Virus record (IMG/VR): IMGVR_UViG_3300028588_000791 | Coordinates: 1-25,063 of that record | Length of the DNA stretch: 25,063 nucleotides | Reading direction: 5' to 3' (one strand) | DNA from: a virus | Taxonomy: Duplodnaviria; Caudoviricetes | Part shown: positions 6,827 through 14,800 of the stretch, in pieces | How the letters are laid out: the number at the start of each line of letters is the position of its first letter | How positions within the stretch are numbered: the first letter of the stretch is position 1 | Program-made: the position numbers and the translations under genes | Notes under the pieces: model-generated | Database searches by the model: none | What the model saw: only the letters and a program-made list of their open reading frames with translations | What the model was told of the DNA's origin: nothing

Positions 6827-8908
6827 ATGACGACGCCGACCATTCCGCAAAACCAAAGCCGCTCCGCTAACGATCCGCGCACGATGCCTTCGGTAACGCG
6901 CGAGGCAACGCTGGTCCCTTCCACCTTCAACGAAGCCGATAACACCGTCGATGTGGTTTGGACGACCGGCTCGCGCGTGCGGCGGTATGACTGGTATTCC
7001 GATGCTCCCTACGAGGAAGAGCTGGCAGTTACTCCTGAAGCGGTCGACATGTCTCGCTTCGATGCCGGCACCGTCCAGGTGCTGGACGGCCACCGCGTGT
7101 ATGGCGGCGTTGCTTCGATTATCGGTATCGCCATTCGTGCCAGCATCGAGAACGGGGAAGGGCGCGCGACACTGCGTCTTTCCACTCGCGCCGAGATGGC
7201 AGGGGTTGTCGCTGACATCAAGGCCGGCATCATCCGTTCGATCAGCTTCGGCTACAACGTCACCAAGTACGAGATCACCCGCGCCATCGATCGCACCGAC
7301 GGCGTGAACATGCCGCTGTACCGCGCGGTCAGCTGGCAGCCCTACGAGATCAGCTTCGTCACCGTCCCTGCTGACGCTGACGCCAGCACGCGCAGCCAGC
7401 CCGCCAACGGCGTGCACTGCGAATTCACCACCCGGGCGCCCGCCCATTCGTCTGTTCCACCATCACAGGAAACCCCTATGCCTACTTCCCAGTCGGGCGC
7501 ACCGAATCCAGCGCCTACCGATGCAACTCGTACCGCCGCACCGGCAGCTCCAGCGCCGGCGCCGACGGGTGCTGCGCCTGCAACCGTGCCAGCTGGTGAC
7601 GATGCGGCAACCCGCGCGGCCACCGAAGCCGCGACTCGCGCCGCTGACATTACCGAAATGTGCACCCGTCACGCTGTCGGCCACCTGGCCGCCGGCCTGA
7701 TCCGCAGCGGCAACTCGGTCGACCAAGCGCGCGCTGCCGTGCTGGAAGAACTGGCGCGCAACGATGCCGCCGCCGGCGGTCACCAGAACACCCGCATCCA
7801 GATCATCACCGACGAGCACCAGGTGCGCATGGCCGGCATCGAAGAAGCGATGATGCATCGCATCCACGCCGGCACGCCCCTGACCGACAACGGCCGTCAA
7901 TATCGTGGCATGAGCCTGCTCGAGATCGGGCGCGACTTCCTGGAAGCGCGTGGCGTCAACACTCGCGGCCTGGACAAAATGCGCCTGGCAACGGACATCC
8001 TGCACTACCGCTCGGGCATGCATGGCACCAGCGACTTCGCGGCGATCTTTGCCAACGTGGCGAACAAGCGCATGCGTGGCGCCTACGAAGAAAACCAGGG
8101 CACCTATACCCAGTGGGCACGCCGCGCGCCAAATGCGCCGGACTTCAAGAACATCAACATCGTCCAGCTGTCGGGCGCCCCTGAACTGCTGCGCACCAAC
8201 GAGCACGGCGAGTTCCAGTACGGCACGATGAAGGATGCCGGGATGAACTACGCGCTCGTGACCTACGGCCGCATGATCTCGCTGACCCGCCAGGCGATCA
8301 TCAACGACGACCTGCGCGCCTTCGAGCGCCTGGTGAGCGCATTCGGCGCAAGCTCCAGCCGCCTGGAAAACCGCCTGGTCTACAGCCAGCTCACCGGCAA
8401 CCCGACCATGGGCGACGGCAAGGCACTGTTCCACGCGGACCACAACAATCTGGCGACCGGCGTCGGCTCGGCGCTGCAACTGTCAGCCCTGAAGGCCGCT
8501 CGCACTGCAATGCGCAAACAGAAGGGCTTGGGTAACGAAGAGCTGAACCTCGCTCCGAACTTCCTGATTGTGCCCGCCACGCTCGAGCAGGACGCCTACC
8601 AGCTGACCAGTGCGAACTACGTTCCAGCCAAGCAGACCGACGTCAACGAATTCCGCGCCGGCGGCCGCACTGCAGTCGAGCCCATCGTGGAGCCGATCCT
8701 GGACGCTGCAAGCGAAGCGGCCTGGTATCTGGGCAGCAACAACAGCCAGGTCGACACCGTCGAGTACTGCTATCTGGACGGCGCTGAAGGCCCGGTCATC
8801 GAAAGTCAAGCTGGCTTCGAGATCGATGGCGTCACCTGGAAGTGCCGCCTCGACTTCGCTGCTGCGGCCATCGACTTCCGCGGCCTGCAGAAGGGCGTAG
8901 GCGCGTAA
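6827..8908 (+). CDS. Fused prohead protease (HK97/S78-like) - scaffold - major capsid protein
   Basis: Protease motifs VLDGH, RSISFGY and PYEISFVTVPAD, an Ala/Pro-rich linker, then capsid motifs TSDFAAIFANVANK, DFK, YGRMISLTRQAIINDDL, LIVPATLE, CRLDFAAAAIDFRG. Start 6827 is preferred over in-frame 6818 from promoter geometry. Confidence 0.93.
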   Translation: MTTPTIPQNQSRSANDPRTMPSVTREATLVPSTFNEADNTVDVVWTTGSRVRRYDWYSDAPYEEELAVTPEAVDMSRFDAGTVQVLDGHRVYGGVASIIGIAIRASIENGEGRATLRLSTRAEMAGVVADIKAGIIRSISFGYNVTKYEITRAIDRTDGVNMPLYRAVSWQPYEISFVTVPADADASTRSQPANGVHCEFTTRAPAHSSVPPSQETPMPTSQSGAPNPAPTDATRTAAPAAPAPAPTGAAPATVPAGDDAATRAATEAATRAADITEMCTRHAVGHLAAGLIRSGNSVDQARAAVLEELARNDAAAGGHQNTRIQIITDEHQVRMAGIEEAMMHRIHAGTPLTDNGRQYRGMSLLEIGRDFLEARGVNTRGLDKMRLATDILHYRSGMHGTSDFAAIFANVANKRMRGAYEENQGTYTQWARRAPNAPDFKNINIVQLSGAPELLRTNEHGEFQYGTMKDAGMNYALVTYGRMISLTRQAIINDDLRAFERLVSAFGASSSRLENRLVYSQLTGNPTMGDGKALFHADHNNLATGVGSALQLSALKAARTAMRKQKGLGNEELNLAPNFLIVPATLEQDAYQLTSANYVPAKQTDVNEFRAGGRTAVEPIVEPILDAASEAAWYLGSNNSQVDTVEYCYLDGAEGPVIESQAGFEIDGVTWKCRLDFAAAAIDFRGLQKGVGA

Positions 8909-8944
8909 GCGCCTGCTCCTCAACCATCTGATCAAGGAAAGCAC

Positions 8945-9277
8945 ATGCGTAACAAAGTCCAATCCGGTAACGTCATCAGCGTCGCCGCTCCTGCTCTGGT
9001 CCTCAGTGGCCAGGGCGTGCTGGTCGGCGCGCTGTTCGGCGTCGCGTCCGGCGATGCGCTGCAGGGAACCTCGGTCGAGATCGCCCGCGAAGGCGTGTTC
9101 GATCTCGTGGCCAACGGCGCCGACACGGCTGCCCAGGGCGCGAAAGCTTACTGGGACAACACCGCCAAGCGCATCACCACCACGGCGACCAACAATACCC
9201 TGGTCGGCTGCTTCACCGCAGACAAGACCGCGGCCGCCAGCACCGCTCGCGTGCTGCTGGACGGCGTCGTCCGCTAA
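8945..9277 (+). CDS. DUF2190-family capsid-associated (cement/decoration) protein (110 aa)
   Basis: AAGGA ribosome-binding site. MRNKVQSG...SGQGVLVGALFGVA...EGVFDL...GAKAYWD pattern, directly after the capsid gene. Confidence 0.85.
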   Translation: MRNKVQSGNVISVAAPALVLSGQGVLVGALFGVASGDALQGTSVEIAREGVFDLVANGADTAAQGAKAYWDNTAKRITTTATNNTLVGCFTADKTAAASTARVLLDGVVR

Positions 9278-9286
9278 CCAACCGCC

Positions 9287-9583
9287 ATGAACTTCGCCGC
9301 CCTCGAAGCCGCCGCGAACGTCGCCGTGTTGCGCCACCTGGCCAATGCCCAGGTTGGCGTCGCCGGCGCGACCGTGCCAGGCATTTTCGATTGCCCGTCC
9401 ACTGTTGTGGATCTGGGCATGGGGGCGGCAGACGTAAGCCCAACCGTGAAGGTTGCCAGCTCGGCGCTTCCTGCTGATCCGGTCGAGCAGGAGATCACAA
9501 TCAACGGCGTGCCGTACGTCGTGATCACGGCAAGCCCGGACGGTACCGGCATGACCGTACTGACCGTAGGGCGCACGCAATGA
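9287..9583 (+). CDS. Head-tail joining protein (gpFII-like, 98 aa)
   Basis: VPGIFD...ITINGVPYVV...PDGTGMTVLTV pattern and synteny. Confidence 0.75.
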   Translation: MNFAALEAAANVAVLRHLANAQVGVAGATVPGIFDCPSTVVDLGMGAADVSPTVKVASSALPADPVEQEITINGVPYVVITASPDGTGMTVLTVGRTQ

Positions 9584-10011
9584 AGACCGCGTTCGCCACC
9601 ATCGTCAGCGCCGTCATCGCCCAGCTGTCGGCGGCGCCGGCGGTGTGCGACAAGATCTATCGGTCATCCAGCATCGTGGTCCCCGACCAGGTAGACCGGG
9701 CGATCAACGTCGAGTTCAACCGCGCGCTTCCGCAGCTGGCCACCATCGCCGGTGCTCCAATCGATTGGAGCTCGACCATCAGCGTCGAGTGCTTTGCGCG
9801 CAGCTTAACCGAAAGCGGCGACCTTGCGGTCGACCCGCTGCTGTTCGCAGTGTTCGAGCGCCTGGCGCAAGACCCGACGCTGGGCGGCCTGATCGGCGAC
9901 CTGACCGTTGTCGGGGTCGAGGCCGAGAACGCGCTCGAAGGAAAGAAAACCGGATGGGTGCGGATCACGTACGTGGCCGACCATCGCACCAACAACTCAA
10001 CCCTGGATTGA
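9580..10011 (+). CDS. Tail terminator (gpU-like, 143 aa)
   Basis: ATGA overlap. VDPLLFAVFERLAQDPTLGGL motif and position before the tail tube. Confidence 0.7.
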   Translation: MKTAFATIVSAVIAQLSAAPAVCDKIYRSSSIVVPDQVDRAINVEFNRALPQLATIAGAPIDWSSTISVECFARSLTESGDLAVDPLLFAVFERLAQDPTLGGLIGDLTVVGVEAENALEGKKTGWVRITYVADHRTNNSTLD

Positions 10012-10012
10012 C

Positions 10013-10165
10013 ATGACCGACATCACTAAGCCGGAAAGCCGGCCGATCCCACCGCTGCCCGGCGGCGGTTCCTGGCGCTTCGACGACGCCACCTGGGAGT
10101 GGATCTCGAACGACGTGGCGCCTGCCGAGCAGGCTGCTGAAACCCCATCCGAACCGCAGGAGTAA
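10013..10165 (+). CDS. Small hypothetical protein (50 aa, PGGGSW motif)
   Basis: ATG 1 nt after the previous stop, filling the gap to the tail tube. Its end carries the tube gene's AGGAG ribosome-binding site. Confidence 0.6.
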   Translation: MTDITKPESRPIPPLPGGGSWRFDDATWEWISNDVAPAEQAAETPSEPQE

Positions 10166-10167
10166 CG

Positions 10168-11133
10168 ATGCCACGCAAAATCAAAAACTCGGTCGTCACG
10201 GCCAAGGTCCAGACCACCGCTGGCGTCGATGCCGCCCCGACTGGCGCGGCCAATGCGATCCTGATCAAGGACGTTTCGATCACCGCGCTCGACGCCCAGA
10301 ACATTCCGCGCGACGTAATCCGCGGCTCGTTCGGCGGCAGCGAGCAGCTCGTCGGCCCGGCCAGCGTGAAGCTGAGCTACTCGGTCGAGCTGGCCGGCTC
10401 CGGTGCCGCTGCTACGCCGCCAGCCTGGGGCGTGCTGCTCCAGGGGTGCGCAGCTGGTGAAGGCGCCCTGACCACGCCAGCGCGCGTCGAATACAGCCCG
10501 GTCTCGATCGGCCTGAAGGCGCTGACCCAGTATTACTACGACGACGGTGTCCTGCACAAGCTGCTCGACTGCATGGGCAACTGCACCCTGTCGGCAAAGG
10601 TCGGCGAGATCCCGACGCTCGCGTTCGAATGGACGGGGGTGAACGGCGGCATTGTCGCCGGCAGCCCATCTGGCGTCACCTACGCCCCGTGGAAAAAGCC
10701 GGTACCGATGACCAAAGCCAACGTCATCGATATCACCCTGGGCTGCACCTACAACGCTGGCGTGCTGTCTGGCGGTACGCAGTACTCGAGCACTGGCTTG
10801 GAGCTGAACTTCGGTAATGCAGTGAACTTCGACGCCATGCTGAGCAACGAGACCGTCGACATCACCGACCGCGATTCGTCCGGTTCCATCGAGCTCGAAC
10901 TCGATGCCGCCCAGGAAGTGGCTCTGATGGCCGACGTCGTGGCCAACGTCACGCGCAGCCTGGGGATCGTCATTGGCACTGTGGCCGGCAACAAGGCGAT
11001 CGTATTCGCGCCGAATGTCCAACTGGTGAACCCGAAGAAAGTTGACCGCAACGGCAAGCGCCTGATCGGCTTCGACGTGCGCTTTGTGCCGACCGCCGCT
11101 GGCAACGACGAGTGGAAGATCGTCACCCTTTAA
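10168..11133 (+). CDS. Major tail tube protein (321 aa)
   Basis: Strong AGGAG ribosome-binding site. SVELAGSG...PAWGVLLQGC...YSPVS and GNDEWKI patterns; lies before the chaperones and tape measure; no sheath gene present. Confidence 0.85.
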   Translation: MPRKIKNSVVTAKVQTTAGVDAAPTGAANAILIKDVSITALDAQNIPRDVIRGSFGGSEQLVGPASVKLSYSVELAGSGAAATPPAWGVLLQGCAAGEGALTTPARVEYSPVSIGLKALTQYYYDDGVLHKLLDCMGNCTLSAKVGEIPTLAFEWTGVNGGIVAGSPSGVTYAPWKKPVPMTKANVIDITLGCTYNAGVLSGGTQYSSTGLELNFGNAVNFDAMLSNETVDITDRDSSGSIELELDAAQEVALMADVVANVTRSLGIVIGTVAGNKAIVFAPNVQLVNPKKVDRNGKRLIGFDVRFVPTAAGNDEWKIVTL

Positions 11134-11165
11134 TTCAACCCGGACAAAAAGAAAGCTCTCTACTC

Positions 11166-11498
11166 ATGGCACTGAAACTCGTAAAACGCAACAAGCTGCT
11201 GGTCCCTGTCATCGGCAGTATGAAAGACGAAGACGGCAAACCCGTGTCCTTCAAGTTCACCCTTCACTGCACCCGTCTCACCCAGGAAGAAATCGACGAG
11301 GCGATCGCCGACAAGAAGGAATCGGTCGCGGCATTTATCCGGCGCGTGACCACCGGCTGGGATGCGGTGCTCGACGAGGCCGGCGCGGCGTTGGACTTCA
11401 CTGGCGAGAACCTCGACGCCGTGCTGTCGGAAGCCGGTATGCCAGCGGTGTGTTTCCAGCACTACATGAAGGAAGTGGGCGCTGTCGCAAAAAACTAA
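11166..11498 (+). CDS. Tail assembly chaperone (gpG-like, 110 aa)
   Basis: VTTGWDAVLDE...FTGENL motif. Ends in GCA AAA AAC TAA. Confidence 0.85.
   Translation: MALKLVKRNKLLVPVIGSMKDEDGKPVSFKFTLHCTRLTQEEIDEAIADKKESVAAFIRRVTTGWDAVLDEAGAALDFTGENLDAVLSEAGMPAVCFQHYMKEVGAVAKN
11489..11495 (+). other. -1 programmed ribosomal frameshift slippery site A AAA AAC
   Basis: X XXY YYZ heptamer just before the gpG stop. The -1 frame is open to 11863. Confidence 0.85.
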
Positions 11499-11863
11499 GT
11501 GATGCTGCGCGCCTCCTGGCGCGTGGCGATCTGCGGTTTGAAAGCGAGGAAACCGCAGCCCCTGAGGGCGACATCGAACACGCCCTCGCGCTGATGGGGC
11601 TGTATGTCGAGGGCGAGTTGTCCCTCGACGACGGCAACGAGTTCTGGCTTTGGCCGGACAACGAAGAAACGTTCTTGTTCTGGATGGCGATCCAGACTCA
11701 GTGGAGCACAGGTATGGCTGGCCCGACCGGGCTGAACTACCAGAGCATCGAGATCTGCATGCGCCGCCGGCGCGTCCCACCTGGTGAGCGTGACCGGCTG
11801 TTCGAACTGGTACAGGCGATGGAGCGCGCGGCACTCGACGAGTGGGCGAATTTAAGAACATAA
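11495..11863 (+). CDS. Tail assembly chaperone frameshift extension (gpT-like, DUF1799-like); full G-T product 11166-11863
   Basis: -1 frame reads LSDAARLL...LWPDN...TQWSTGMAGPTGLNY...VQAMERAAL; no convincing independent start. Confidence 0.8.
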   Translation, partial: LSDAARLLARGDLRFESEETAAPEGDIEHALALMGLYVEGELSLDDGNEFWLWPDNEETFLFWMAIQTQWSTGMAGPTGLNYQSIEICMRRRRVPPGERDRLFELVQAMERAALDEWANLRT

Positions 11864-11875
11864 GGGCAGGGACAT

Positions 11876-14800
11876 ATGAGCGTAGTAGGCGGTTCGCGCG
11901 CGGAGATCAGGGTCGATGTCAACGGCGCCGATACGTCGCGCCGTGAGATCGAGACTGTGGGTGACGCAATGCGGCGCATCAACGCGCAGACCCTCCAGCA
12001 GGTCTCTGGCCAAGTCGGCGGACTGACCAACCGCATCAGCAGCATGCAGTCAAAGATCGGCGATGTCGCCAGCTACACGGTTGCCGGCCTTTCCCTGGCT
12101 GCCTTCGTTCAAAAGATTATTGGTGCGACCGATGTGCTTGGCGACCTCGACGATATGGCGCAGAAATACGGCGCCACCGTTGAGAATCTGTCCCGCCTGC
12201 AGAAGGTTGCAAACGCGTTCGGTGTGGATTTTGGCACCGTCGATGCCGCCATGGGAAAGCTTGCTACCGGGATGGCTGCTGCTGATGAGGAGGGTGGCAA
12301 AACGCAAGCGGCACTCGCCGCTCTTGGTATCTCTGCGCGCGACACCGCTGATAAGCTGCGGGACCCGGCGGTAGTAATGATCGAAGCCGCGAAGGCCCTG
12401 CAGCGCTATGAAGATGGCGCCGGCAAGACCGCTCTGGTCAATGATCTCCTGGGGAAGTCCGGCAAGGATCTCCTGCCGTACTTGAACGACGTGGCCGACA
12501 ACGTAGATGAGTTCGGCGCGGTGTCGAAAGAAGCCGTCAATCGCGTGACGGAAATGCAGGACAACATTGGGCGTGCCCGCGTCAAGTTCGATGAGCTTGC
12601 GACCTCGGTCGGCGTGGATGCTGCGCCAGCCGTAAACGACCTCGCGACGGCAATTCTCGATGTCATGCGTAGCAGTAACAGTCTCGCGTCAAGCGAAGGG
12701 GCAGAGTGGGCAGATGATTTGGCCGTGGGCGTTGCTCGCGTGATCGATGTCGCAGTGACGCTGCCCAAGATTTTTACCGCCATCAGCGGTAGCTTCAAGG
12801 TCGTAGCAGCGGATATCACCTTTGCTGCCAAAGCCGCGTATGACGCACACCCTTCCAGGATAGCTGCAAACATCGCTGCGGGCCGTAATCCTGTCGCGGA
12901 CATGCGTGCTGCCCTGGCAGAGCGCAACAAGGTACTGGAGGAAGCGAACGCTGCCCGTGACACGTTGTGGAACGAACCCGCCAATCAATTCGAGCAGGCT
13001 ACCCTAAAACGCATCGCAGCGCGCAAGACAAAGGGGAGTGAGTCCGATGCTGCGCCGGATGACGATAAAGAATCACTCGATAATTACCTCAAAGAAAAGA
13101 AAGAAAAAGAGGCCAAGGAAAAGGCTGCACAGGACGCGAAGAAAAAAGCGGAAGAGGCGGCCAAGCGCGAGATCGAATCCTATACCTCCTTGATCACTGG
13201 CATCCGCGCGAAAACGGAAGAGAATCGCCGCTCCGTCGAAGTCGAGCAGGAGCTGACCGAAAGCCAGAAGACGCGCATCAGACTCGATGCCGATCTAACC
13301 AGTGGCAAGATGAAGTTGACGGCCGCGCACCGCGCTGCTATCGACGCCGCCCTCGATGACCAGGCCGCCAGTGAGCAGGCGCGCAAAGAGCAGCTGGCCC
13401 AGGCCAGTGCCACCAAGTTCGCTGAGGACGGCGCCGCTACGCGCGCCAAGTCAACGGCCGCGCTCAACGTGGAATACCAGATGTACGGCAAGAGCGCCGA
13501 CGCACGCGAGATGGCGATGGTAGCCGTGCAAGCTGAAGCCGATATGCAAAAGAAGCTGGCGGACATGCGCCAGGCTGGTCTACCCATCACGGACAAGGTT
13601 CTTGCCCAGCTCAAGGACGAAACCGCGTCGCGCATCTACGTCGAGCAGGCGACCCTTGGCCAGAGCAAGGCCTTGTTGTACGCCGCTCAGCTGGCCGAAC
13701 AGAATCGCCGTGCAGAGGCCGAGAACATCGCCGACCCGCAGCAGCGCGCCCAGGCCCTGTTGGCGATCGACGCCGCAGTGTGGCAGGAGCGTATCAACCA
13801 GGCCGGCGTGGGTAACGAGGCGCGCAAGCAACTGGAGACCGAGTACTTGGCCTGGTATGCCCTGCGGTCGAAACAGTCGTTTGCGGACGTCGACCTTGAG
13901 CGTGCGACCCAGATGCTGCAAATCATGGAGTCCGTAGACGACGCCGCCAACGAGGCGGCCAGCGGCATGGAGCAATCGTTCGGCCGTGTTGGCAAAGCCA
14001 TCGGCGGTCTCACTACCGCCCTTACCGGGTACTCTCGTGCGCAGGCGACGATCGCCGCGCAGCTGGCATCGGCCTTGAAGAACTCGGGGGGCGACAAGAG
14101 CAAGATCGAGAAGGCCAATGCCGAAGCCGCAAAGCAGTCCGCGCAGGCGCAGATCCAGTCGTATGGCGACATGGCCGGCGCCGCCAAAGGTTTCTTCGAT
14201 GAGCATTCCCGTGGATACCAGGCGATGGAGGCAGCGGAGAAAACATTCCGTGCGTTCGAGATGGCGCTCGCTGTGAAGACCATGCTCGAAAAGAGTGGCA
14301 TCCTGACGGCTTTCACTTCGATGTTCGTCGCCAGCAAGGCAACCGAGACAGCTGCATCGGTTGCCAGCGTAGGGCCGGACGTTGCGGCATCGATGACAAA
14401 AGGCCAAGCAGCGGCGGCCGCTGGCGTTGCAGCTCAAGCCCAGGGCGACCCTTATAGCGCATGGGCACGAATGGCTGCAATGGCAGCTGTGATGGCAGCG
14501 CTCGGCTTCGCTGTGGCGGGCGGTGGCGGCAGCGACACGACCGCGAAGGATCGTCAGGCCGCAACCGGGACTGGCTCCATCCTTGGGGATGCAACAGCAA
14601 AGTCCGAGTCGATCGCAAAAGCCATCGAGCTGTCGGCTGCAAATTCGAGCATCGAGCTGAACTATACAGCCGGAATGCTTCGCTCGTTGCGCTCTATCGA
14701 AAGCTCGATCAGTGGCCTCGGTGGCATCCTTGCGCAGAACGGAGTTACTGGAGCTTCACCAGCGAGTGATTACGGCAGCGCCCAGAAATACGGTGAGATG

